Part shown: in pieces, positions 14,508 through 27,874 of the stretch
Layout of the letters: each line of letters opens with the position of its first letter
Position numbering within the stretch: the stretch's first letter is position 1
Assembly (NCBI GenBank): GCA_951406725.2
Contig: OX597822.1
Coordinates: 65,162,001-65,226,000 of the forward strand
Length of the DNA: 64,000 nt
Reading direction: 5' to 3'
Origin: Octopus vulgaris
Taxonomy: Eukaryota
Made by a program: the position numbers and the translations under genes
The notes under the pieces: generated by a model
What the model was told of the DNA's origin: nothing
What the model saw: the letters and a program-made list of their open reading frames with translations, nothing else
Databases searched by the model: none

Positions 14508-15276
14508 CTGTACATATACATAAATAGACACACGCATACACACACATATGCACGCACACAAACACATACACACACATGCACGCGCACAAGCACATAACGC
14601 GGAAAGCAAATATAAGAAGAGGGTTTTGATATTTTGATAAGGAAATGATGATGTATAAATATTTCAAGCAAAACATGTAGAACTACTCAAGTAGCACTAA
14701 GAATACACAACCGTCTCGGTGGAGTTTTCCTTAGCTTAAGAAACCACACCCACAGGAATTCATGCTGACGAGACACCCGTTGGTTTCGTATTGGATTCAC
14801 TAAAATTGTGCAGTTAAAATTTATAAAACTAGACAGACTTATGCACTGCATTTGTCATAAAATCCTAAGCTGCTCAAACGTTGTTACTCTTGTTATCCAC
14901 TCATGGAGAGAAGACCCGGCTCCCTGACGACTTGCATGTACGAGATGATATGATAAGGTTCTTGTACAATTTCTAAAGCACGTTGCGTTATCAAGTGTTA
15001 TGATATCTTCAATGACGAAAATAGGGAAGCAAATACTTTTCCAGTGATATCCATTGGTTTGTTTATGTCTACTTAAATTAGGACATTCAAAGATAAGTGA
15101 AGGAAGCGTGAACCTGTAATAAGATTCTCCGACGTAGACTAGAAACTGGATGTTGCGTTTACTAAAATATCTTTGCATTGAACCTCTTCTCACTCTCTCT
15201 CTCTCTACTCACACAAACACACACAGACGTACACAAGCATATATAATATACACAATTTATATGATACAAACTATAT

Positions 15277-15307
<31 letters not shown>

Positions 15308-15637
15308 AATATATATATATTTATATTTATATACATATACATATATACATACGCACATATAATACATACAAACATAATATACACGAGTTATATAATACAA
15401 ACTATATATACAAAGACGCACACACACACACATACACACACACATACATACACACATATGCGTATATGTATGCAGATATACACGTATGTTTATTTAAAGG
15501 CCAGAAGTTATAAAGTGAACCAAAAGCAGTGAGATTCGTGCATAGCATCCGTATGTACTATGCAACGAAATTCTCTGACTGTGAGATACATTATGACAAT
15601 TGCCAATTGAATATAGATACATACATAGATACACACA

Positions 15638-15741
<104 letters not shown>

Positions 15742-15792
15742 TACATATATATATATATGCATACATATATAAATATGTGTGTATATATATAT

Positions 15793-15878
<86 letters not shown>

Positions 15879-16022
15879 TCATGTCTCTGTATTTCTGTAT
15901 TAACTAATCTAAACAGACACAAATTCACACACGCACACACAAACACATTAATGAGCATGTGTGCGCATGTACGCATGCATATATGTTTTATATATATATA
16001 AACCCTTATTATTATAATGATG

Positions 16023-16055
<33 letters not shown>

Positions 16056-16829
16056 AGATATGTATGTCTCTATGTATCAACTGCTGAATTTTGCTAAGGG
16101 GTTGAGAAAATAGTTTTACAGAATAACTTTCTGTATCAGTTTGCTTCTCAACTCGGTGTACTAAAGTACTTCCATCAAACAAGCTGTCTACAATTTTCTA
16201 TTATAGTTTCGTAATCTACTAATCGATTTTCATTATTCTATAAAGTTTTCTTCGTACAGGAAATGGGCAAAAGTTTGAAGATATGATTTGTAATATAATT
16301 TGGTAAAAAAAAAAGGTATGTATGGGCTTTTTATCTTCTAAAAATTACTTTTGAAGAAAGCTTTTGGATCTTATCGTTGTACATAGTTATATAGCGGCGC
16401 ATAGTATTCTGGTATATATCCGGTCCAGACATGCCCCCTACCCTGGTCTCGATCGATTAGCGTTATTTAGTTCTCTTTTCTATAAAACCGTGTCCCAGAT
16501 TATCTCATGTTTCATCTGCTTCGTCTTGGACTTCGTAAACAAGCAAAGGTCAGTGAAAGTGACCTTTAAACATTACGTTATATATATATATATATATATA
16601 TACCCTCATACACGGACACACATGTGTATGTATGTATAGTTTGAAGTGGTGTGTAGATTTTGTATATTATGAAAAACAGAGTAGTGAACGTTTGGGGAAA
16701 AAATAAAAACTATCTATTCAGCGTTTTCGTCTTTCAGGCAATAATCATGACTAATTCAGTCATAAAGAATCCCTCAAACTGTCGAAAGCACTAAATAAAC
16801 AGCTTTTAGCCAAATCCTGACAACCTTGT

Positions 16830-16919
<90 letters not shown>

Positions 16920-16947
16920 ATATATTATATATATATGTATATATATG

Positions 16948-17048
<101 letters not shown>

Positions 17049-17428
17049 AGGGGCAGGAGTAGCTTTGTGGTAAGTAGCTTGCTTACCAACCACATAGTTT
17101 TGGCTTCAGTCCCACTACGTGGCACCTTGGGCAAGTGTCTTCTACTATAGCCTTGGGCCGACCAAAGCCTTGTGAGTGGATTTGGTATATGTGTATATAT
17201 ATGTATGTATGTGTGTGTATATATTTGTGTCTGTGTCCCCCCAACATCGCTTGACAACCGATGCTGGTGTGTTTATGTCCCCGTAACATAGCAGTTCGGC
17301 AAAAGAGAAACCGATAGAATAAGTACTACGTTTACAAAGAATAAGTCCTAGGGACGATTTGCTCGACTAAAGGCGGTGCTCCAGCATGGCCGCAGTCAAA
17401 TGACTGAAACAAGTAAAGGAGTAAAAGA
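17049..17428 (+). mobile_element. SINE family A (small internal deletion)
   Basis: Matches the family sequence but lacks gacggaaactgaaagaagcccgtcg before the internal microsatellite. Confidence 0.9.
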
Positions 17429-17438
17429 CACACACACA

Positions 17439-17486
<48 letters not shown>

Positions 17487-17660
17487 TACACACACATATA
17501 ATGTTGACAGTGAATACTATTCGAAGCCATTGCTGTACTAAGACATTTCGACGATGGCTGAGGGGGCCGAAAATTCGAAGTTATTGTCAATAACACTCTT
17601 GAATAAGGTTAACAATTTTGTTCTCTACAAAAGTATAGAGTAGCACATAAGAATAGTGAA

Positions 17661-18096
17661 TAGGAGTGGCTGTGTCGTAAGAAGCTTGCTTCCCAACCAC
17701 ATGGTCTCTGGTTCAGTCCCATTGCATAGCACCTTGGGCGAGTGTCTTTTACTATAGCCTCGAGTCGACCAAAGCGTTGTCAGTGGATTTGGTAGGCGGA
17801 AACTGAAAGAAGCCAGTCGTATCTATCTATCTGTCTGTCTGTCTTCTGTCTGTCTGTGAGTGTGTGTGTGTATATGTGTGTGATTCCCCACCACCACCAC
17901 CACCACGTCGCTTGACAACCGATATCAGTGTGTCTATTTTCCCGTAACATAGCGGTTCGGCAAAAGAGACGGTTAGAATAAGTACTAGGCTTTAAAAAAC
18001 AATAAATACTGCGGTTGATTTGATCGACTAATGGCAGAACTGCAGCATGGCCGCAGTCAAATGACTGAAGCAACTAAATGAAAAGAATAAAAGAAT
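17661..18096 (+). mobile_element. SINE family A, older subfamily
   Basis: aggagtggctgtgtcgtaagaagcttgcttccc...gcagcatggccgcagtcaaatgactgaa. Confidence 0.85.
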
Positions 18097-18118
18097 AGCT
18101 GAAGAACAAACCTTAACA

Positions 18119-18220
18119 CTATTTACATTATTTACATATTTACATTTGACGGATATTTGTCCTCATCTTTTTTGTTGTTAAAACAACGTTTCGGCTGATA
18201 TACCCTCCAGCCTTCGTGTC
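18119..18220 (-). mobile_element. Penelope-like pLTR fragment (same family as 58325-58485), hammerhead core partly deleted
   Basis: Minus strand: gacacgaaggctggagggtatatcagccgaaacgttg...aagatgaggacaaatatccgtcaaatgtaaata. Confidence 0.55.
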
Positions 18221-18227
18221 TTAAATA

Positions 18228-18520
18228 TACAGTTGTGTGCGGCTCATACACTCTTCTCTATACCCTATCTGCAACTTTGCGTAGGTCTCTGAGCAGGTAT
18301 CACCATGGCAGCTTTCTCTGTCCTGGTCAATGCGACGGTCAGATATTAAGCACGTTTCTTCGAAGCACTACTGTAAGCAGCGGATTTAAGTTGCAACGTT
18401 AAAACTGAGAGTATATGCACAGCAAAGGTCGAGGTCAATCTGTGCCGAGCGACTTCCTTCTGCGTGTTTTAGATTCGTTACTATGGCAACAGTCCGGGTA
18501 TTTATTTATCAGACCTCGTA
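18228..18520 (-). mobile_element. Mariner left end (TIR plus transposase N-terminal remnant)
   Basis: Minus strand starts tacgaggtctgataaataaatacccggactg and encodes ETYAKLQIGYREECMSRTQL (HTH region). Same family as 27875-28727. Confidence 0.8.
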
Positions 18521-18631
18521 CATGCATACATAATATAAACATGCATGGCAGCATACATGCATGCATACAGATATACACATACATACATATGTGTGTATAC
18601 ATACATACATAAATACATATAATATATCCTC

Positions 18632-18666
<35 letters not shown>

Positions 18667-18669
18667 TCT

Positions 18670-18701
<32 letters not shown>

Positions 18702-18885
18702 TTCTTCTTCTTCTTCTTCTTCCCTAACAAGAATTCACAACGACCTCGAACCCACAAGAGTAAAGAAGAGAGACAGAGACAGGCAGAAACAAGGAAAATG
18801 CCACTTGTATTTGAACACTATGCAAATATTCTTTAAAAAAAACTTTTCTTTTAATTTTTCCAAATTTAATTGTTTTCCATACTTA

Positions 18886-18921
18886 CGGTTGAAAAAGTCT
18901 CAATGACTGAAACCGGTACTG
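18886..18921 (+). ncRNA. Degenerate minimal hammerhead ribozyme motif (Penelope type)
   Basis: cgg-TTGAAAA-agtc(tcaat)gact-GAAA-ccggta-ctg. Stems I and II and the palindromic stem III (accggt) are intact; the core has 2 mismatches to CUGANGA. Confidence 0.45.
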
Positions 18922-19049
18922 AAATGATTTTTTATAAAATTACTTTAGCATTTTCTATCTTGACTTTTTTCCATGTATATATATATATATACACTGTATA
19001 AAAAAAACACACACACACATATATACATATATATATATATATATCATAT

Positions 19050-19199
19050 GGAAAGAAATTCCATAGAACTCAACAATTTAGTCAACAATCGAAAAGACTA
19101 GTCGTTAAAATATATAAGAGAATTTTGATTCATTATATAAATTAAAATTCTCTTCTCCATTTTTAACTAAATTGATGAGTTTTCTGGGATTTCTTTCCG
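19050..19199. repeat. Imperfect inverted repeat in (TA)n, probable Penelope-like remnant
   Basis: ggaaagaaattccatagaactcaacaatttagt pairs with actaaattgatgagttttctgggatttctttcc; inner pair aagagaatttt / aaaattctctt. Confidence 0.55.
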
Positions 19200-19369
19200 T
19201 AAATTCACAACACATCATATACAAGTATTATTTTCATATTCGCAAATTTACGCCTGTAAACTACCAGCAAAATATGAAGAATCAATATTAGAAATCTTAT
19301 TTTGGAAACCTCCAAATTAAAGGACGAATCTAAATTCAACCCTTTTACACCTATATATATATATATATA

Positions 19370-19763
19370 TCTTTATATATAAAAGTGAAGTTGTGTGTCT
19401 GTCTCCCGATTTAGATTCCTAACTACTCCCACATTTTGCGGTGCAGTGTAACCAAAAGCGGGTATCTTATAGTCGTGATTCATATCGAGCCCTTCTGGGT
19501 ATTAGCGCGCGTCTACGATGAGTCTACGATTAAAAAAAAAATTACCATCATGTTTTCCCATTTTTAATGCATTTTTTTGCTATTATATAAGGGAAGTAAC
19601 TCTCTAAAAATGTATTATTAAATCTCAGAACGTAAAAACCTACAGTAACACCCCCCCTTTGTGGTTAGCCATATTGAGATGGCTATTATACTTTACATCT
19701 CTAAAAATGCTTATATAGTTATTTCCCTTACAAACCACGAGCAACGCCGGGCGATACTGCTAG
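19370..19763 (+). mobile_element. Non-autonomous Helitron (~394 bp)
   Basis: 5' end TCtttatatataaaa, 3' GC hairpin ccacgagcaacgccggg followed by terminal CTAG, inserted between A and T with no TSD. Confidence 0.8.
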
Positions 19764-19798
19764 TATATATATATATATATATATAAAATATATATATA

Positions 19799-19892
19799 TT
19801 TCCTTTCTTGGGCGTCCAATAACACTGTACTTGTTCCACTTCCTCGCATTGATGTGTTTCCTCTTTGTATTTTCATGTTTGGGTTAACTTTA
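19799..19892 (+). mobile_element. 3' fragment of the Penelope-like family at 29163-29372
   Basis: gcgtccaataa...ttgttccac.tcctcgc.ttg.tgtgttt...gtttgg.ttaact is shared with 29288-29372; both abut (TA)n. Confidence 0.6.
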
Positions 19893-20066
19893 TACACACA
19901 CACACACACACACACACATATGTATACATATATACATATATACATACACACACATACACAAACATATACATACACACACACATATATATACACATCAACC
20001 CTAACTGTGCTTATCTGCCTTATTATCTTTCTCTCTTTCTCTCTCACCATACATATGTGTGTGTAA

Positions 20067-20097
<31 letters not shown>

Positions 20098-20430
20098 AAG
20101 TTGCGGAAAAGTCTTAGTGGCTCAAAATAATGCTTACATCAGAGAATCGCATGTGTTATGAACTCGCATCATCTAAAGATAGTAGATGTTCTCAGATGAC
20201 GAAAATCAATATCGATCAGATATTCACGTTCAAATCTGCCAGAACGCATTTCGAACGAACAGACACATTATTTTTATTTATTTATTTATCTATTTGTTTA
20301 TTTATTTATTTATCTATTTATTTATTTATTTATTTATATTAATACTCGATTATGATCGTTCTTCTCAGCTCTTGTCAGAATTTTGCATTTCCTCTCTCTC
20401 TCTCTCCGCTATATAAACTCTGCATGTGTA

Positions 20431-20491
<61 letters not shown>

Positions 20492-21438
20492 GCGTAACAC
20501 TGACTAGCGACGGCATGACGCCTCAACTTGCAAAAATAGAGAAAATAGAGATGTCTATATGATTTTACAGATATTTATATAAAAGTACAAAGAAGGAGAC
20601 AAAGAAACAACGCATGAAAGAGACAACACATCAAGAAGCATATGTTTTGTATTATTTGGCGAGAAAGTATTTGTAATTTTCAACTTCATTTTACGTAGTG
20701 AATTTTACCCTTGTGTATAATAAGACACAATTGAGTCTTGGTGATACATTTTTCAAGTAAAGGAAGCGCTACTTATATAGCAACAAAGACGGTAAAATGT
20801 AGTTATACAATAGTGAAATATAAGTTAGTGAATATCCGCTAGAAGGAATGGCAGTTCGAGGAATGAGAGGAGTGGGAGAATAGAAGAGAGAGAGGGATGT
20901 AGAGAAAGAGGGAGATTGGAAATAGATGCGAGTGAATATGAAAATAACTAGAAAAACATAATATATAGGAGAGATATTATTTCGTAAAAGTATTTTCAAC
21001 TTAATACATTAACAACCAAAATATACAGCGAATTCTCCAAGCGCTCGTCTTTTTTCTCTTGAGTACTTTCGTTTCTAACAGTTATCACCTGTTCTGCCGC
21101 CATTGTGATTATGACCGAGCAGTGTGACTGTTTGTATGCATGGCTGCCTGTCTGCGTTGCAGTATTTACGTTTAAATGTGTGTGTGTGTGTGTATCTGTA
21201 CAAACACACACATACATACACATATACATAGAGAGAGAGAGAGAGAGAGAGAAAGAAGGAGAGAGAGAGAGCAATTATATGTTCATACACGCATAAACAC
21301 ACAAGTACAGAATACAAACAGACGTATATGTATGTAATGGATATAAATATATAAATATACACTCACATACATATATATATATATACTGTATATAGATATA
21401 TATAGTGTATATATATACACTATATATATCTATATACA

Positions 21439-21479
<41 letters not shown>

Positions 21480-21945
21480 TATATATACATACACACACAT
21501 ATATATGTATATATATATAACACGTATATATACATACACACACATATATGTATATATATGTATATATATATATATGTTTTCCTATATACATATTTCTATA
21601 CCAGTGACAAACTGATTTATGTTACATCTATTTACGAGGTACTACTACTACTACTACTACTTTCGTTAGCATTTATTCCTCTCCTCCTTCCTTCCCTCTT
21701 CTCCACCATTCACATCCTTATATGTATCAAAAGCGGCACTCACCTAACGCCACACCGTGAGTTGTCATTTCCGTTCTTGTTTATGTTGCTGGGTAGTCCT
21801 TGCGAAACTCAGATCGAATCGTTCGACCATACACAGTTAGCCAACCGAAGGTCTGGACCTGGCCCACATAGCCATTTCCTAAAATACACAAGGTCCTTCG
21901 TGAATCTGTGGACCATGCTTTCTGTACTTAAAATAAAGGCTGCAC

Positions 21946-22165
21946 AAGGCGAGTAGCAGGGGGAATCGTTAGCATGCCGGGAAAAATGCTTAGCGGCATT
22001 TCATCCGTCTTTACCTCCTGAGTTCATATTCCGCCACGAGATCTACTTCACCTTCTATCCTTTCGGAGTCGATTAAATAATTCCCAGTTGAGCACTGGGG
22101 TCGATGTAATCGATCTCACCCAACTCCCCCGGAATTGCTGCCCTTGTGGCAAAGTTTGAAATCAA
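21946..22165 (+). mobile_element. SINE family D monomer
   Basis: aaggcgagtagcagggggaatcgttagcatgccggg...ctggggtcgatgtaatcga, with an approximate TSD aag(g/a)ctgcac. Confidence 0.8.
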
Positions 22166-22297
22166 CACGAAGACTGCACCTCATAGATGGCCCTCATTTT
22201 GAACAATTACACAATCTTTACAATGCTCAAATGAGAACCACAAATGAATAATATTCCTATATCCCAGTCAGTTCAGTTGCTAGAAACACATACATAT

Positions 22298-22445
22298 AGG
22301 CGTAGGAGTAGCTGTGTGGTAATTAGCAAAAAGGAGTAACGCTGCGATGGACTGGTGTCCCGTCCAGCTGGGGAGCGCATACATCATAGAAACCGAGAAA
22401 CCGGGCCTATGAGCCTGGCTAGGCTTTAAAAAGGGCGCATTTATT
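22298..22445 (+). mobile_element. SINE A head stub followed by SINE B 3' half
   Basis: aggcgtaggagtagctgtgtggtaa, then gagtaacgctgcgatggactgg...gagcctggctaggcttt matching 6210-6318. Confidence 0.7.
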
Positions 22446-23911
22446 TATTTTTATATAGGGTCTATGTTGAATATTTTTAACACGGGTAGCAGATATCCGA
22501 CCAGATAGGAACTCTGTTGTGCAGAGCAAACAACCAACTAACTTTGGAATGGATGAACAGTTCGTCTTCCTCTCTTTTATCATGTACCAACTGTAGACGA
22601 AGGTGAGTGTGTAGAGGGTGGTGTCACACTATTAGTTTCTTGTACTGATTTAGTGTAGACAATCTCTCTCTTAGTCTGCTACCAACAACTCCTTTCATTG
22701 TTAATGATAGTTTTATTACTATTCTCGCCGTCATTCATCATTTTCTGTCTTCAATTTTATCAACGAGAAGAGCAGAGTGTAGAAAAAGCGGGGTAGGTGC
22801 GGGGATTCAGAAACGATGAAAGAGAGAGAAACAAAAGATGAGAGCTGTGGTGTGGGATTGAGCTTTGCACATTAAGATTGCGACTTCTTAAACTACTCGG
22901 TTATGTCTGCGTTTGCTCGTTTTTAGCACATAAAATGAAACGCATAAACACCACCAGACTAACAGATACTAATGAAAGGTTATCATTAGAGTACTTGACG
23001 AATGGGCGATTTCGACCTCATCAACCAGAGGAAAAGTAGTTACAAGGTTAGCGAAACTGCTGATCCCGTAAATGAAAACAAAGACTAACTACCACAAAGG
23101 AGGGTGCCTCTATGAGGTCTCTAGATTTGCTAGTAATAGAAGCTAAGTTCTTTCAAAGCGCACGTTACTGTTTTAAGATAGGCAATCGAGTGCTTGGTAC
23201 TGTTTTCGGGGGGGGGAGTATCTACGCGGTCGTCAGATACGCCTGTGAAAACAACCAGACGTTCTCAAATCATACTCTCCGTCCTAAAACAGAGTATGTG
23301 GAGAATAATCTAGCAGTCCATATACAATCAATATTGATACGAGATGGCCATTGGGTAGCATGATTTGATCATAGGTTTGCTTATTCAGGGCTAATCTGGG
23401 TCTAAACAATAGCAACAACAACAACAACAACAACAACAACAGCAATAATCGCATATACTTTACCCAACCGAAAAGATTCACAAGTTCTTCTTTCGACGTT
23501 AATAATTTATCAATAAACGAAGATTTACAACGGGACAATCAACCGCACAACAATTATAAGACGGTTAAGGGTTCAACTAGCGGTCATTGCTGCACAGTTA
23601 TGTCATGGAAAGGGAGAGGTGTCGGGGTGAAAAACTACAATTACTTTTAACAACAATGGATATGTGTGAAAATTAATACATCTTCGTCAATCCCACTTCC
23701 TCCACCTCACTTTGTCGCGAGCTCTCTCTTACTCTCTCTCTCCCTGTCTCCGTCTCTCTCTCGCTTTTCCTTTCTTAGATTCCTCATCTAGGTTACCATG
23801 GTAAAGAAAAATACTGTAAGCAATGATGTACGATAATTAGACACAGGTGACAGTGGTGACGAAGGTGATAATGGCGATGAGAATGATGACGTCGATGATG
23901 TTGTTGCTGTT

Positions 23912-23956
<45 letters not shown>

Positions 23957-24286
23957 GGTGGTGGCGGTGGTGGTGGCGGTGGTGGTGGTGGAGGTGGTGG
24001 TGGCGGTGGTGGTGGTGGTGGTGGTGGAGGTGGAAGTGAGGATGTTGATGAGGAGGATCACAAGGATGATGAAGGTCGTGGGGCATCTCTGTGATGGTCG
24101 TGGTCTGGATTGGGAGAAAACGCTACTGAAAATTATGATGACGAAGAGGTGGAAATTGGAGGTTGGCTGCTGCTGATGACTACGTTCCTGATGACAGATG
24201 CCGAGAGCGGAGAGTAGAAGAGAGAACACCCAAGGAAACAGAGAGAAGCCGAAAAGCATATCACAAAAAGAGACAGCAGCAGCAGC

Positions 24287-24319
<33 letters not shown>

Positions 24320-25526
24320 TGTTGTGATGGTGACGGTTGCTGTTGTGAATTTGGTTGGGTTGGAAGAAGAAGAGGAAGGAGAAGAAAATGATGATTATGA
24401 AGTGGAAAGATGATACGAGTATAATAAATTACAGGAAAATTTCAATTCTTAGTTGAAAAAAAAAAATAAAGCTGTTTTCTTATTTCTTTACTTCTTTTTC
24501 TTTCTTGAGTGTTCAGAAGTGTAAGACGAAAGCACGGCATTCTCTTAGAAGAGAAATGGAATCTGGAATGTTGAGATAAATAACTCATTTCGAAATGGAT
24601 AAGTGTTGTAAGGAATGCACAGTGATGACAATCTTCCTTTGTTTTCTACATGCTACCAGGAGTGTACACGTCTTCAGATCTAAGTGGCACTAGAGTTGAA
24701 AGTAGTAAAAAGTAGTTAAACAACACGTGCTTCTTACAAAGGTATTAAATACAGGTTTGAAGCAGACAGCTATGCATACAACGAAAAACAGTAAGTTGTA
24801 CTTGGATGAAATTCATGAATACAAAAAACAATTTCCAATTACAGCATTAATAAAAATTAGGTTTACATAAATGAGTTAACATAAATGAGTTCGTAGGAAT
24901 TTTTCCTGCATCTATTTTTGTTTGTAAGCTAAAATGTGTAATTCCATTTTGTAGAAATTGCGTTAAACGAAAGTTCTTGACTGCAAGTTAATTTGGAGTG
25001 TCATATATTTGTATAAACGGACAATGGTAAAGAAGTAAACAGAAAATAATGGGGAGAACAGAAGTCGGCAAATTATTTGTATTCAGCTGTTTCTTGAGCT
25101 TTTTTTTTTTTAATATATATTATTTAAGTCGTCTGAAAGAGAGCTGTTCTCTGTTGATGTTTTGATGTGTTGGTGCTTTCGCTATGACACTGAAATATAA
25201 AGAGGCAGCTGTACAAACTAGAATATCCCAAGCGAAAGAAGTTAGAGAGACAGAGAGGGAGAGAGAGAGAGGTAGGGAGAGAGAAACAAGGGAGGCTTGA
25301 AGGAGAGGAAGAAGAACGGAGATGTCTTACATTGTGTTGATGTAGCCGAAATAGTTGAGGAATTACTGGTCTCGGGATTATAATGCCATCGTTATATCGA
25401 AACAACATCTGTTGCACGAAAGCCCCGAATATTGTAGTTACATTAACTCACTTCAAGTTTTTGGAAAAGGAACAATCGTTAATATAATCGATCAATATAA
25501 ATTAAACACGTAGCTAATATTGAATG

Positions 25527-26165
25527 AGGCGTAGGAGTGGCAGTGTGGTAAGTAGCTTGCTTACGAACCACATGGTTCCGGGTTCAGTCCCACTGCGTGG
25601 CACCTTGGGCGAGTGTCTTCTAGTATAGCCTCGGGCCGATCAAAGCCTTGTGTGTGGATATTGTAGACGGAAACTGAAAGAAGCCCGTCGTATATATGTA
25701 TATATATATATATGCGTGTGTGTGTTTGTGTGTCTGTGATTGTCTCCCTAGCATTGCTTGACAACCGATGATGGTGTGTTTATGTCCCCGTTTCTTAGCG
25801 GTTCGGCAAAAGAGACCGATAGAATAAGTACTGGGCTTACAAAAGAATAAGTCCCGGGGTCGAGTTGCTCGATTTAAGGCGGTACTCCAGCATGGCCGCA
25901 GTCAAATGACTGAAACAAGTAAAAGAGTAAAGAGTAAAAGAGTGTGTGAGTGTGTGTCTGTGTGTGTCTCTGTTTCTGTGTTTGTCCCCCTAACATCGCT
26001 TGACAACCGATGCTGGTGTGTTTACGTCCCCGTAACTTGGCGGTTCGGCAAAAGCGGACCGATAGAATAAGTACTAGGCTTACAAAGAATAAGTTCTGGG
26101 GTCGATTTGCTCGCTTAAAGCATAGCTACAGTCAAAATGACTGAAACAAATAAATGAGTAAAAAA
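25527..26165 (+). mobile_element. SINE family A plus tandem second copy of its 3' half
   Basis: Full copy at 25527-25942, then a TG tract and a repeat of the gtttgtccccc...gactgaaac module. Confidence 0.9.
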
Positions 26166-26408
26166 GCGTATATTCACAAGAGTGAAAGATAGAGACGGAG
26201 AAACGATCAAGAAAACTGTAGGATTATACTCTGTACACTTGTGCTTAACGAAAGGAGTCGGCAATGCATGTCATATACATAATTCGCAAGATACAAGCAA
26301 ATTATGAATGGAATGTAAACGACATCTACAAAACACGAGAGTGCGATGCATGTGAGGTCTCTGTGCATGTATGTGCAGAATATAAGTAGGTTATCCTGTT
26401 GTGAATAT

Positions 26409-26716
26409 CACCGTGATCACCGTGACCGACCAGGCTATTAGATGCTGCTACACATCGCTGGTTACAATGCGCTTCGCATTGCATTGTTTTAGCCTTCAAA
26501 TAACGCCAACCCCGCTGGCTAAGCGAGTAGGAAAGATTGAGAGAAAGTCGTGGCGAAAGAGTACAGCAAGGATCGCCACCACCCTCTGCCGGAGCCTCGT
26601 GGAGCTTTAGGTATTTTCGCTCAATAAACACACACAACACCTGGTCTGGGAATCGAAACCGCGATCCTACGACCGCAACTCTGATGCCCTAACTACTGGG
26701 CCATTGCGCCTCCACG
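26409..26716 (-). mobile_element. SINE with family-B head and a different tail, 11-bp TSD
   Basis: The head matches 6014-6190 but the tail differs (...gcctggtcggtcacggtgatcacggtg). TSD gttgtgaatat at 26398-26408 and 26717-26727. Confidence 0.88.
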
Positions 26717-27189
26717 GTTGTGAATATAGTATGTAATTTTATAACAGGAGTTCTGCTGAAAGAAGAATGAGCAATGATATTAGTACATTTTGATCGTAAT
26801 TGCTTGGTTTTCGTTCGTGCCACATCAGTTTAAATAAAAAAAAAGCTAAGTTAGAAAACTAGGTGATATAGTTCGTTGTAGAGAGTTGTATATCGTGAAA
26901 ACTGCAACCAAGGGTCTGTTATTGTTGTTGGCCCATTGCATTGCTGAATGTGTTGTTTGACAACATCCAGTTGCGTCGGCTGTTGAAACTTAGTTGTGTT
27001 TCATTGTTGAACTGATGTGTACGATTTCTAATTAAAATTAAACCAAGCGTGTAACCCTTTACTTTATGTTCCACATCAGGAAATGAGCTTTAAAGTGTGA
27101 AAAACAGCGAGCTGGATCAAAGGAAACTGCATGCGCATGGTTCATTGAAAATGTGCATAATTAGCATCGTCATGGTGATCACAGTAATT

Positions 27190-27660
27190 GACAACCCCAC
27201 CCTGCCACACAAGATATTGTAGATGGTAGCAATCAGAAAACAAAACAGTTTGATTGAGGGTGAAGGTCATCGATGTGGAGTATTCTAGAAAACACTACTG
27301 CTGCCACCAAAGTGAATTCTTGGAACTATTCTGGCAGCATGCAAGACATCCTTGCTAAGTATACTTGGCGCCATAATCAAATCTTGAGAATGAAACAGCG
27401 TCAATTCAATGAGATTCAACGCCAAGTTCCATCATGTTTCTTTCTACAAAGGAGTAAAGAAAAGGCTAAGCAGGAGGGTAAAGAAGCGATGACTCAAATT
27501 TCTAAAATGTCTTCGAATAATTAGAAGCTACCGGAGAATGTGAAGTAAGCGGTCGTGTTTCTGTGCAATATTGTAATGCCAATGATATGCCCCAAACTTA
27601 TATAATCTGACTTGATCCTTGGAAGAATACTATAGAATGGGTACGTCAAAGAGAGGCCCT
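27190..27660 (+). pseudogene. Heavily decayed RLE-type LINE fragment (HERO/NeSL-like)
   Basis: The ORF at 27273 contains KYTWRHNQIL, matching the RYTWRHN motif that follows the CCHC finger in RLE-bearing LINEs. The remainder is frameshifted. Confidence 0.45.
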
Positions 27661-27874
27661 AAAATCTGAAGGACATTAGGAATACTGTGAGATACGAAAA
27701 TGCTTTGGTACGCTACTTCTAGCAGAGATAGGATTTTGTGGGTACTTAATTAATGTAGATATAGCTAAACGTATAATTTTGAATGTGCCCCAAAATGGCA
27801 AGTCTGCAATAATTTGGAAAATTGGAATTTGAAAAGCTCTACACGGCAGAGAATTTTTAAAGTGCATACAGACA

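Noticed and set aside
14855-15193. 112-aa minus ORF with TTFEQLRI, faintly like Helitron RepHel
   Set aside because: Only one short motif; the surrounding sequence does not support it.
23837-24259. 140-aa ORF with a hydrophobic, signal-peptide-like start
   Set aside because: About half is trinucleotide repeat, there is no recognisable domain, and the opposite strand is equally open.
25539-25552. tggcagtgtggt, resembling the miR-34 5' end
   Set aside because: It is the A-box of a SINE A copy; the rest of the mature sequence and a hairpin are missing.
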